Positions 9,243 to 17,768 are shown, counted from the stretch's first letter. The stretch: DNA of 23,024 nt from Thainema sp. (GCA_052168235.1 JBQLZK010000086.1:1-23024); one strand, 5' to 3'. Notes: generated from the sequence alone by a model not told the origin. Translations and numbers: made by a program.

Positions 9243-10145
9243 ATGGCTGGGATGAATCTGTTCAAGACGTTTGCGCTGCTGGCATTGCTCAGTGGGTTAA
9301 TTGTGCTGGCAGGCTATCTATTAGTGGGTAATGAGCAAGGGCTGTATTACGGACTGGGTTTTGCGGCATTGAGCAGCTTTGGATCGTGGTACTACTCTGA
9401 TCGGGCAGCACTGGCAGCATTTCAGGCTAAGCCTACTCCTCGTGAAGAGGCTCCTGAGCTGTATGATCGGCTAGAAAAATTGTGCGATCGCGCTGATATT
9501 CCCACATCGGCTCTCTACGTCGTACCGTCGGACACCCCGAATGCCTTTGCGACTGGGCGTGATCCAAACCATGCTGCGATCGCACTGACCGAAGGAATTA
9601 TTGATCTACTGCCTGCTGATGAATTAGACAGCGTAATTGCCCACGAGCTAACCCATGTGCGCAATCGTGACACCCTCACCCAGGCCGTAGCGGGTACTTT
9701 AGCCGGATCGCTGACTTATCTGGGCCGCATTCTCACATTGGGAGCGCTGTATTTTCCCGTTACGCGCGGAGGACGGCGCGGCAATAACCCTATTGCCCTT
9801 TTGTTTCTGCTGGTCGTCGCACCACTGACAGCGGGTCTGATCCGCATGGCCATTTCGAGAACGCGAGAATATGCCGCTGATGCAGGCTCGGCTGAAATTA
9901 CGGGCAATCCCCTCGCGCTGGTGCGGGCGCTAGAAAAGCTAGAAGCTATGGGACAGAAAAATCCCATCCACGGCAATCCCGCCTTTGCCCCCCTGTTTAT
10001 TGTCAATCCCCTTTCCAAAGAAGGACTGATGACACTATTCATGACCCATCCCGCAACAGCCGATCGGATTCAGCGACTGAAGCAGATGGCTGAAAAGAGC
10101 GAGACCAACACCAATCAGTCGCAAGTCCTGAGTCCTAGCACTTAA
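9243..10145 (+). CDS. htpX: HtpX-like M48 zinc metalloprotease
   Basis: PNAFATGRDP, HEXXH motif (AHELTH), SRTREYAADA, THP...RI. Two N-terminal TM helices. Start ATG 9243 or 9252. Confidence 0.88.
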   Translation: MAGMNLFKTFALLALLSGLIVLAGYLLVGNEQGLYYGLGFAALSSFGSWYYSDRAALAAFQAKPTPREEAPELYDRLEKLCDRADIPTSALYVVPSDTPNAFATGRDPNHAAIALTEGIIDLLPADELDSVIAHELTHVRNRDTLTQAVAGTLAGSLTYLGRILTLGALYFPVTRGGRRGNNPIALLFLLVVAPLTAGLIRMAISRTREYAADAGSAEITGNPLALVRALEKLEAMGQKNPIHGNPAFAPLFIVNPLSKEGLMTLFMTHPATADRIQRLKQMAEKSETNTNQSQVLSPST

Positions 10146-10150
10146 TAATA

Positions 10151-10236
10151 GACTTTATCGGAAATTGTTTTGTAGCGCGGCGAAGCCGCGCTACAAAACA
10201 ATTTCCAACCCCAAAAACTTTATTTCCAATAAAGTC
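10151..10236. mobile_element. MITE-like element, family C (86 bp, TA-flanked)
   Basis: TA[GACTTTATCGGAAAT...ATTTCCAATAAAGTC]TA (14/15 TIR). Internal perfect 22-bp stem with GAA loop at 10160-10206. Confidence 0.6.
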
Positions 10237-10268
10237 TAATAGAGGTCAGTGCTGATGTTGATTACTGA

Positions 10269-10369
10269 TATGAAATCCGGTTGAAAACCCATTGTTTTTT
10301 TTGGGTGAAATGCTTGCCAAGCAAGCATTTCACCCAAAAAAAACAGGGTTCTTACACACGGATTGTATA
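10269..10369 (+). mobile_element. MITE-like element, family B copy 1 (101 bp)
   Basis: TATGAAATCCGGTTGAAAACCCA...GGGTTCTTACACACGGATTGTATA. Long internal palindrome centred on CAA. Flanks are shared with 15941-16041. Confidence 0.65.
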
Positions 10370-10464
10370 GGAGTGCTGAGAATTGAGTTATCACCATCGT
10401 TTTGAAAAAGACGGTATCGCGCGATCTCATGTCTTGGAACTAAACATCCAGCCCCTAAACAAAT

Positions 10465-10489
10465 AAACCGCTCGCAGTGCGAGCGGTTT
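10465..10489. terminator. Hairpin/terminator downstream of the CPBP gene
   Basis: AAACCGCTCGCA-G-TGCGAGCGGTTT, with T-rich tails on both strands. Confidence 0.6.
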
Positions 10490-10540
10490 GCCATTTTTAT
10501 CAACAATCTTTGTCAATCTGAAGACAACGAGTTTTCGACC

Positions 10541-10571
10541 CTCAGCGCTCAGCATTCAGCCACTCAGCACT
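10541..10571. repeat. Short tandem heptamer repeat (STRR-like, CTCAGCA)
   Basis: CTCAGCG CTCAGCA TTCAGCCA CTCAGCA. Confidence 0.55.
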
Positions 10572-10576
10572 TCGTC

Positions 10577-12169
10577 CTAATGAGCACTACTGCCCAGAAT
10601 AAAGAGACTAATCATGGTGGCACTGTTCCAAAGGCTATGGAGCAACATGGGAGCCAGCAAATTCCGCGATCGCGAATAGATAAATCCCAGCACCATGCCG
10701 AGTGTCGTCAGCGGCAGAACTTCCGAGAAGCTGAGGTGGGCAATGGCAAATAGGAGACTGCTGGCCAGAATCGCACCGCTGACGGGCATATAACGGGTGA
10801 GAGAAGGCAGCAGAAAGCCGCGAAATAGCGTTTCTTCGAACAGTGGAGCTGCGATCGCAGCCGTCAGGAAGAACACAATCAGCGCCACTGAATCGCCTTC
10901 TTCCAGCACCGTTTGCAGCAGAGGATTGCTGCCGCCTTGACCGTTCCAGATCTGCTGGTTAACCAGCGACACCCCAATCATCAGCGGTAGCGCGACTAAG
11001 TAACCCCCAACGCCCCACAGCGGCCAGCGGTTAAATAGCTTGAATTTGAACCAATCAGCGGGTAGTGGCAAATAGGTGCGAATTGACCAGTAGAGGACGA
11101 AAATACCGCCTGCCGACATCAGCAAGTAATAGGCCAAAGAGTAGATCGCGCGTTCCCGACCGGAAAACTGACTACCGTTAACGCCCACAATCCCCAGCAG
11201 AATCGGCAGCAGGAACTGTCCAACAAAAAAGAATCCGACCACGAAAACTTGCCAGATCGTCTCCCAATTCCACGGAACTTGCCACTGCTCGTTGCTGCGG
11301 TAGGCCAGGATGGACTGCTTCCGCTTAATCAGCCACTGAACCGCTAAGCCAATAATGAGACCAACGCCAGCCATGCTGCCCAGCACAGGTAATGCACCAA
11401 TCAAGAGCAGTTTGATAAAGGTTTGCTGGGCGACGGTTTGCTCCACAGCGGCCAGTTCTACAAGCGCATCCTGCCGCTGCTGAAGTTCATAAAGCTGCTC
11501 CAGTGCCCGATAGCGAAACCAACCGTCTAGATGCTGCTGAATGACGGTTTCGGCGTCCGGTGCAATTTGAGCTGGTTCACTCCATAGCCCGATTAGAACC
11601 TGAGCTGTTTCAACGGAATTTGCCGCAGAACCTGACGCATCATTGGCATCGCCGGGTTCGATCTGTGACCAAATCTTGAGTGCCTCTTGTCGCTGCTCGG
11701 TTTCGGTTTTGAGAATCCCCAAGCGCAGATCAAGCTGACTAATTAATGGCTGCAATTGCTGAATCGAGCGCAGAATTTGGCGTGGACTAGAGGTGGTAGG
11801 CTCCAGCCCACTTTCGGCAGGGGCAACGGGAGCCAATTCCTCAAGCTGAGTTTGCGATCGCACTAGGTTCTTCTCAGCTTCCTCGCGCACCGATTCATAT
11901 TGCTCAATTGCCGTTTCCAGTGGCTTTTGACCGACCAAAGCCTGCCGAAAGGATGCGGCTTCTTCGGGTTCAACCAGATCGCCGCCTTGCCACTCAGTGG
12001 TCTGCAGCAGCAAGTCAGTTTGGTAGAGCTGTAGACGGCTCGTGACCTGTGGTTCGTTGAGGCTACCGACTAACGTACTGACAATGGGAATCGCTATCAG
12101 GATCGTTAGTGCAGCTAGGATAAGAAGTTTAATTGCTCTGAAACCAGATCCTCTATCGTAATCGGCCAT
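10577..12169 (-). CDS. CPBP (Abi/CAAX) family intramembrane metalloprotease with large periplasmic N-terminal domain
   Basis: APLFEETLFRGFL, FAIAH and LLHSLWN motifs. Multiple TM helices. ATG at 12169 with GGAG RBS (alternative GTG 12181). Confidence 0.9.
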   Translation of the reverse strand: MADYDRGSGFRAIKLLILAALTILIAIPIVSTLVGSLNEPQVTSRLQLYQTDLLLQTTEWQGGDLVEPEEAASFRQALVGQKPLETAIEQYESVREEAEKNLVRSQTQLEELAPVAPAESGLEPTTSSPRQILRSIQQLQPLISQLDLRLGILKTETEQRQEALKIWSQIEPGDANDASGSAANSVETAQVLIGLWSEPAQIAPDAETVIQQHLDGWFRYRALEQLYELQQRQDALVELAAVEQTVAQQTFIKLLLIGALPVLGSMAGVGLIIGLAVQWLIKRKQSILAYRSNEQWQVPWNWETIWQVFVVGFFFVGQFLLPILLGIVGVNGSQFSGRERAIYSLAYYLLMSAGGIFVLYWSIRTYLPLPADWFKFKLFNRWPLWGVGGYLVALPLMIGVSLVNQQIWNGQGGSNPLLQTVLEEGDSVALIVFFLTAAIAAPLFEETLFRGFLLPSLTRYMPVSGAILASSLLFAIAHLSFSEVLPLTTLGMVLGFIYSRSRNLLAPMLLHSLWNSATMISLFILGSSAH

Positions 12170-12194
12170 ACCGCTCTCCACACGTTCTCTTTTC

Positions 12195-12382
12195 TATCCA
12201 GTCGTGGACTACAGCATTTTCCAGCCTAGTGAGGTTGATCGGAATGTTTCTCCGCCTTCGGCGGAGAAACATTCCTGTACTCCACCAGCGTGAAAAATGC
12301 TATAGAACCTGATTATTTAAGTGAATGGCTAACATCGCGAACCTTCACCCAAATAATTATGGATTTTCAACCAGACTTGATA
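12195..12382 (-). mobile_element. MITE-like element, family B copy 3, interrupted by a family A element
   Basis: Minus strand TATCAAGTCTGGTTGAAAATCCA...CAGGTTCTA|[family A]|GTCCACGACTGGATA. About 95 bp when the insert is removed. Confidence 0.6.
12212..12302. mobile_element. MITE-like element, family A copy 2 (91 bp, TA duplication)
   Basis: TA[CAGCATTTTCCA...TGAAAAATGCTA]TA. Perfect 16-bp stem with 3-nt loop at 12241-12275. Confidence 0.65.
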
Positions 12383-12520
12383 TTTAGGCAGGGTTGCCCT
12401 TGGAACATTATGAAGTGAAACTCTACATTTTGTCGGCGTCTCAGCGACATCGCCAAATTAAGCAAAACGCCACCCGCAAGACACGGTAGAATTCTTCTGG
12501 CTTAACAGGAGGGCAGACCG

Positions 12521-13858
12521 CTGAAGACTCGTATTATCATCGTCCGGCATGGCGAAAGTACCTACAACATTGAATCCCGCATCCAGGGACATTGCGACGA
12601 ATCCACGCTGACCGAAACAGGGCGACAGGGAGCAATTCAAGCGGCTCAGGCACTGCAAGGTATTCAAATTGATGCCGTATATGCCAGTCCCTTCAAGCGG
12701 GCAAAAGAGACGGCTGAGCTGATTGTGGCTCACACCAATGCGCCTGCGCCCACGTTCTCAGATGACCTGAAAGAGGTGAACCTGCCGCCGTGGGAGGGGA
12801 TGACCTTTGATCAGGTGAAGGCACAGTATCCCGCTGAGTACAAAATTTGGCGGCAGGAAACTCACAAGCTGGTGCTGCAAATTGAGCAGCCAGATGGCAT
12901 TGTCGAATTTCGGCCACTGCCAGAGCTGTATGTGCAAGCCCAGCGCTTTTGGGATGCCACCCTGTCCCAGCATGAAGGCCAAACCATTCTGCTTGTTGGC
13001 CACAGCGCCATTAATCGGGCCTTGATTAGCACGTTAATTGGCCTTGGCATTGAGCGGTTCTCCTCGCTCTACCAGTCCAACTGCGGCATCAGCATTTTGA
13101 ATTACGACTCGGCTAGCGGCAATGTCCAGATCGAGTCGATGAACTTGACGGGACACTTGGGGCAGCCTGTACCTCGGCCTCGGCGATCACACTCTGGCAT
13201 TCGCGTCTTACTCGTGCGCCACGGCGAAACGGACTGGAATCGCCAGAAGCGGTTCCAGGGTCAGATCGACGTGCCGCTGAACGATAACGGTCGCCAGCAG
13301 GGACAGCTAGTGGCCGACTTCCTGAAGACGATTCGGATTGATCGAGCCGTCAGCAGTCCGATGCTGCGGCCCAAGGAAACGGCGGAAGCGATTTTGCAGC
13401 ATCATGCCGATGTGGAGCTGGCGCTAGATGACGGGCTGCGGGAAATCAGCCACGGTTTGTGGGAAGGCAAGCTGGAATCGGAAATTGAAGCCGAGTTTCC
13501 TGGCGAACTCGAGCGCTGGCAAAGTACGCCCGAAGTGGTGCAAATGCCGGAAGGTGAAAACCTACAGCAGGTCTGGGAACGAGTGGTGATTTCTTGGCAG
13601 AACCACATTAAAGACTGTGGCGATCCAGAGGAGTTGCTGACCCTACTGGTCGTTGCTCACGATGCGGTGAATAAGGCCATCCTGTGTGATGTTGTGGGGT
13701 TAGGGCCAGAAGCGTTCTGGGTCTTCAAACAGGGCAACGGTGCCGTCAGCGTGATTGACTACCCCCAAGGTTTGAACGGTCGCCCCATCCTGCGGGCATC
13801 GAACATTACGACTCACTTCGGCAGCGTGTTGGATACCACCGCAGCCGGAGCACTTTAG
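12521..13858 (+). CDS. Two-domain histidine phosphatase (phosphoglycerate mutase-like / phosphoserine phosphatase-like), 445 aa, CTG start
   Basis: KTRIIIVRHGESTYN...YASPFKRAKETAE and a second LLVRHGETDWN domain. In-frame TAA at 12503, AGGAGG at 12507-12512, CTG at 12521. The ORF track start at 12725 omits the first RHG motif. Confidence 0.88.
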   Translation: MKTRIIIVRHGESTYNIESRIQGHCDESTLTETGRQGAIQAAQALQGIQIDAVYASPFKRAKETAELIVAHTNAPAPTFSDDLKEVNLPPWEGMTFDQVKAQYPAEYKIWRQETHKLVLQIEQPDGIVEFRPLPELYVQAQRFWDATLSQHEGQTILLVGHSAINRALISTLIGLGIERFSSLYQSNCGISILNYDSASGNVQIESMNLTGHLGQPVPRPRRSHSGIRVLLVRHGETDWNRQKRFQGQIDVPLNDNGRQQGQLVADFLKTIRIDRAVSSPMLRPKETAEAILQHHADVELALDDGLREISHGLWEGKLESEIEAEFPGELERWQSTPEVVQMPEGENLQQVWERVVISWQNHIKDCGDPEELLTLLVVAHDAVNKAILCDVVGLGPEAFWVFKQGNGAVSVIDYPQGLNGRPILRASNITTHFGSVLDTTAAGAL

Positions 13859-13878
13859 GATGCCAGGTGAATTTAATT

Positions 13879-13945
13879 GTAGGGGCGGGTTTAGCCCAGT
13901 CATGCTGCTGCTGAGTCAAACCGGGACAACGAAACCCGCCCCTAC
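13879..13945. repeat. REPIN-like GTAG doublet
   Basis: GTAGGGGCGGGTTT ... AAACCCGCCCCTAC, a perfect 14-bp inverted repeat. Confidence 0.7.
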
Positions 13946-13987
13946 GGCAGGGCGTATTTTTCGCGGATAACGTGTAAGGAACTGTGC

Positions 13988-15259
13988 ATGACTCGTGAAC
14001 TGTTACAACAGGTGCGACTGCTTGATCCGTTAACGGATACGGATCAGGTGACAGACGTGCTGATTGAAGATGGCGTTATAACTGCGATCGCACCTTCACT
14101 GTCTACCGATGCAGCCGATTCGACACAGATCATCACAGCGCAGGGATGCGTTCTTGCCCCCGGTTTGGTTGACCTCTATAGCCACAGTGGCGAACCCGGT
14201 TTTGAAAGTCGAGAAACCTTAGCTTCGCTCAAAGCCGCTGCCGCCGCTGGTGGCTTTACCCGGATTGCGGTTTTGCCAGATACCGATCCGCCCATCGATC
14301 AGCCGAGCCAAGTAGCGGCCCTGCAAGCCCAGTGGTCACGATCGGCTACTGCCAATCAGCCCCGGCTGTATCCCTGGGGCGCATTGACGTTGGGGGTTAA
14401 AGGAGAACACCTGGTTGAGTTTGCAGAACTAGCTGATGCGGGTGCGGTTGGCTTTGCCGATGGCTATCCGATTCAGAATCCGGTGCTGCTGCGACGATTA
14501 CTTGAGTTTTTGCAGCCACTTGAGCAACCGATTGCGCTGTGGAGTTGCGATCTCACCTTATCCGGTGATGGTACGGCTCGGGAAGGATTCGACTCGATTC
14601 GATTTGGTCTGCCTGGCAATCCAGCGCTATCGGAAACCGTGGCCCTGACCTCCATTTTGGAATGCGTTGCGGCCATTGGCACCCCGGTTCACATCATGCG
14701 TGTTTCCACTGCCCGCAGCGTGGAGCTAATTCATGCCGCCAAAGAGCGGGGATTGCCGATTACTGCCAGCACAACCTGGCTGCATTTGTTGTGCAATACC
14801 GGGGATTTAGCGACCTATGACCCCAATCTGCGGCTTGAGCCTCCCTTGGGTACACCCGCCGATCAGCAAGCGCTAATTGAGGGCGTTAAAGCTGGAGTGA
14901 TCGATGCGATCGCAGTTGACCACAGCCCCTACACCTACGAAGAAAAAACGGTCGCATTCAACGAAGCTCCACCAGGAGCCATTGGCTTAGAGTTGGCATT
15001 ACCCTTACTCTGGCAGCAGTTGGTGGAATCCCAAACGCTGTCTGCACTGGAGCTTTGGCGAGCTTTAAGCGCGAATCCAGCTAACTGTCTCAACCAGTCA
15101 CCCGCGCGCGCGCAGGTCAATGCACCCGCAGAACTAGTGTTATTTAATCCAGCAGAAACTTGGGTGGTCAATGAGGAAACATTGCGATCGCAATCCTCAA
15201 ACACTTCTTGGCTCAACCAAACCATTCAGGGCAAAGTCCAACGCATCTGGACACCATAA
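13988..15259 (+). CDS. pyrC: Dihydroorotase-like protein (PyrC'-type; first metal-binding His replaced)
   Basis: PGLVDLYSH.GEPGFE.RETL, AAAGGFT, HIMRVST, LEPPL, AIAVDH.P, APPGAIGLE. Confidence 0.85.
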   Translation: MTRELLQQVRLLDPLTDTDQVTDVLIEDGVITAIAPSLSTDAADSTQIITAQGCVLAPGLVDLYSHSGEPGFESRETLASLKAAAAAGGFTRIAVLPDTDPPIDQPSQVAALQAQWSRSATANQPRLYPWGALTLGVKGEHLVEFAELADAGAVGFADGYPIQNPVLLRRLLEFLQPLEQPIALWSCDLTLSGDGTAREGFDSIRFGLPGNPALSETVALTSILECVAAIGTPVHIMRVSTARSVELIHAAKERGLPITASTTWLHLLCNTGDLATYDPNLRLEPPLGTPADQQALIEGVKAGVIDAIAVDHSPYTYEEKTVAFNEAPPGAIGLELALPLLWQQLVESQTLSALELWRALSANPANCLNQSPARAQVNAPAELVLFNPAETWVVNEETLRSQSSNTSWLNQTIQGKVQRIWTP

Positions 15260-15309
15260 GACCTGTCCCTGTAGCCGTCGCTCTTTTGGTTCAGACAGCT
15301 ACACAAACC

Positions 15310-15355
15310 AACGTTCAAACATTTCAACGTTTAAACGTTTCAACTAAACGTTTCA
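15310..15355. repeat. Tandem 8-mer repeat (AACGTTTC-like)
   Basis: AACGTTCA AACATTTC AACGTTTA AACGTTTC AACT AAACGTTTC. A related run occurs at 22867-22884. Confidence 0.6.
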
Positions 15356-15456
15356 GCACAACAGAATTCGGCAGCGCAAAATCCAAAACCATCAGGATTG
15401 ACTCAACTGCCACCGTAAAGAGTGGGTAATATCCAAATTCACCGACTCTTTTCAAT

Positions 15457-15897
15457 ATGGGAATTTCTTACAAATCACCATCTGTACTGCTTGGCTTATC
15501 CGTCCTGGGGGGCCTAATTGCTCAAAATCCAGCAGCGGCTGAAGATTTAGACGGGTTCTTTGCTGAATACGACGCGCTGCGAGTTTCAACCTGCACGATT
15601 GATCAAAACGCCGCCCGTTACCACTTCCAAAACATGGTGGCTCCCTCAACCGTGCGAGCCTACAGCCGACTGTCACAAAAAGGGCCAGTTGTGATTATGA
15701 CACCCGGATGTCATCGAATTGGGATGCCCGTTGCGATCGCACCTACGGGGCAGGTTCGCACTGTTTCCCCCAATAACGGTCGGATCATGATTCGCACCTC
15801 GTCAGTCCAGACCAATCCCACCCTCGCGGCTCGCGCAGTAGCAACGCCAGAGGTTGTCCCACCCGCCTATCAGCAGGTTGTCGCGTGGAATAATTGA
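15457..15897 (+). CDS. Hypothetical secreted protein (146 aa)
   Basis: Signal-peptide-like N-terminus (K, hydrophobic core, PAAA|ED). Fills the gap between pyrC' and the NlpC/P60 gene. No recognised family. Confidence 0.65.
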   Translation: MGISYKSPSVLLGLSVLGGLIAQNPAAAEDLDGFFAEYDALRVSTCTIDQNAARYHFQNMVAPSTVRAYSRLSQKGPVVIMTPGCHRIGMPVAIAPTGQVRTVSPNNGRIMIRTSSVQTNPTLAARAVATPEVVPPAYQQVVAWNN

Positions 15898-15913
15898 GTT
15901 CTGTTCAATCTCG

Positions 15914-15940
15914 GTACGGGCGAATGGCCATCCGCTCTTA
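15914..15940. repeat. Degenerate copy of the 28-bp GTAG palindrome, interrupted at its right end
   Basis: GTACGGGCGAATGGCCATCCGCTCTTA compared with 17782-17809. Confidence 0.6.
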
Positions 15941-16041
15941 TATCAAGCCTGGTTGAAAACCCATGATTTATGTTTTGTGAACCGTTTGCTCCACAAACGG
16001 TTCACAAAACATAGATTGGGTTCTTATACACAGACTCGATA
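15941..16041 (+). mobile_element. MITE-like element, family B copy 2 (101 bp, TTA duplication)
   Basis: TTA[TATCAAGCCTGGTTGAAAACCCA...GGGTTCTTATACACAGACTCGATA]TTA. Internal perfect 20-bp stem with CTCCA loop. Confidence 0.7.
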
Positions 16042-16065
16042 TTACTAGGTACGCAAAATCAACCG

Positions 16066-16791
16066 CTACATCGAACAATAATTGTGAATAACGCGGCCAA
16101 AGCCGCGCAGTTGTTCAAAATAGGTGCGGCTCACGGCATCTCCCTCCATTGAGAGCTGATCAATGCCGATGCCGTTGCGGCCCTGGTCGCGGCCTGAACT
16201 GTGGATATATTCATTGTTACCCAGGCATAACCCGACATGGGTGGCCTTTTCCGGGGGGCCAAAAAAGACCAGATCGCCTGCTTGCACCTCCGCTTGTTCA
16301 ATTGGATCGGCAAATCCCTCCTGCTGATAGGCATCGCGGGGAATCCAAATGTCTACAGATTGAAAAGCGGCCTGCATCAGACCGGAGCAGTCATAATTGG
16401 GCGCAACCGTGCCGCCCCAGAGATATTCATTGGGTTGGTTCATGGCCGCTTGAGTGAACGCAATTACCTCAGGTAGACGGGCGGCGATATCCTCTCGGTC
16501 ATAAACAGCGGGCTGATAGGGAGCAGGTGCGATCGCAACTCTCTCCAAATCATCCACCAGCAACCAGCCGGGATAGCCATCTTCTTCCAGACGGACGTAG
16601 AGATAGGGCTGATGGTTGATGGGAGGATCGAGGGTTTCAGTTGGCAGTTTTTCAACGCGGAATTGGCGATTTTGGGCGGCTTGGGTGACGAGGCTGTTTG
16701 CTTCAGGTGGCAAATCTGGAGTTTTGTAGAGATTCAGATTGGCCAAACACCGATAGGACTGATTAAGCTGAAGTTCAGAGAGTGTAACCAT
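16066..16791 (-). CDS. NlpC/P60 (C40) peptidoglycan endopeptidase with N-terminal SH3b-like domain
   Basis: YLWGG...DCSGL, IPRDAYQQ, GDLVFF, THVG, YIHSS; N-terminal EDGYPGWL. Start placed at MVTL (16791) to avoid overlap with the divergent gene. Confidence 0.9.
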   Translation of the reverse strand: MVTLSELQLNQSYRCLANLNLYKTPDLPPEANSLVTQAAQNRQFRVEKLPTETLDPPINHQPYLYVRLEEDGYPGWLLVDDLERVAIAPAPYQPAVYDREDIAARLPEVIAFTQAAMNQPNEYLWGGTVAPNYDCSGLMQAAFQSVDIWIPRDAYQQEGFADPIEQAEVQAGDLVFFGPPEKATHVGLCLGNNEYIHSSGRDQGRNGIGIDQLSMEGDAVSRTYFEQLRGFGRVIHNYCSM

Positions 16792-16826
16792 AAAATAACC
16801 GTCAGATAAGCCCGTTTTGTGACACC

Positions 16827-17768
16827 ATGACCTTTTTTCAGCGCGACCCAGATCTTCAGCAGTCATTAGAAACTATCCTAAATGAAACCTGGGCTGAGTT
16901 TTCAAGCTTGGCCGAAAACCAGATTGCAGCTACCTGGATTGTGTATGACGAACCTGTGATTGTAAATACGGGCGGTGCCCTTAGCGCTAATGAATTTTGG
17001 CAGCATAAGCCCAGAGGAGCCGTTTATCGCGGGGTTGAGCGCATTTATCCGGCCAGTATCGTCAAGCTGTTTTATTTGGTGGCGGTGCAGGAATGGCTGG
17101 AAACCAATATGATTCAGTCGTCTGCGGAACTGGATCGGGCGGTGACGGACATGATCGTAGACTCCAGTAACGATGCAACGAGTCTAGTCGTCGATGTTCT
17201 ATCCGGCACCACCAGCGGCCCCGAGCTACCACCTGGCCCATTTGAAACCTGGCAGTATCAGCGCAACATCGTCAATCGCTACTACGAATCGCTACAGTGG
17301 CCGGAGTTGGCAACAATAAATGTCAATCAGAAAACCTGGTGTGATGGAGCCTACGGGCGGGAGCGCATTTTTCTAGGCGAACTGATGCAGCAGCGCAATA
17401 TGCTGACCACCAATGCCACAGCCCGATTGCTGCACAGCATTGTTGGTGGCGTGGCGGTTTCGTCAGTGCGATCGCAATTGATAATGCAGTTGATGTACCG
17501 CAGTCTGTATCCGGCAGACTTGGCGGCGAATCCGCTCAATCAGGTCAAAGGCTTTTTGGGAGCCGGACTCCCGCCCGTGGCGCGGCTCTGGTCAAAGGCG
17601 GGGCATACAAGTCAGGTGCGGCATGATGCCATCTACGTTGAACTGCCGGAACAGTTGCCGTATTTGCTGGTGGTGTTTACGGAAGGGGAAGCCCAGAGTG
17701 AGTCGGAGGATCTGCTGCCGTTTGTGTCGCAGCGAATTGTAGAACAGATGCCAAAGCGATCGATGTAA
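16827..17768 (+). CDS. Serine hydrolase, class A beta-lactamase-like (beta-lactamase2/PBP-like)
   Basis: SxxK (PASIVK), SSNDAT, SKAGHTSQVRHD, PYLLVVFT. Confidence 0.88.
   Translation: MTFFQRDPDLQQSLETILNETWAEFSSLAENQIAATWIVYDEPVIVNTGGALSANEFWQHKPRGAVYRGVERIYPASIVKLFYLVAVQEWLETNMIQSSAELDRAVTDMIVDSSNDATSLVVDVLSGTTSGPELPPGPFETWQYQRNIVNRYYESLQWPELATINVNQKTWCDGAYGRERIFLGELMQQRNMLTTNATARLLHSIVGGVAVSSVRSQLIMQLMYRSLYPADLAANPLNQVKGFLGAGLPPVARLWSKAGHTSQVRHDAIYVELPEQLPYLLVVFTEGEAQSESEDLLPFVSQRIVEQMPKRSM

Noticed and set aside
8984..9265. 93-aa minus-strand ORF; also 10236-10430 and 285-602
   Set aside because: They run through REPs, heptamer repeats or MITE palindromes and have no protein signal.
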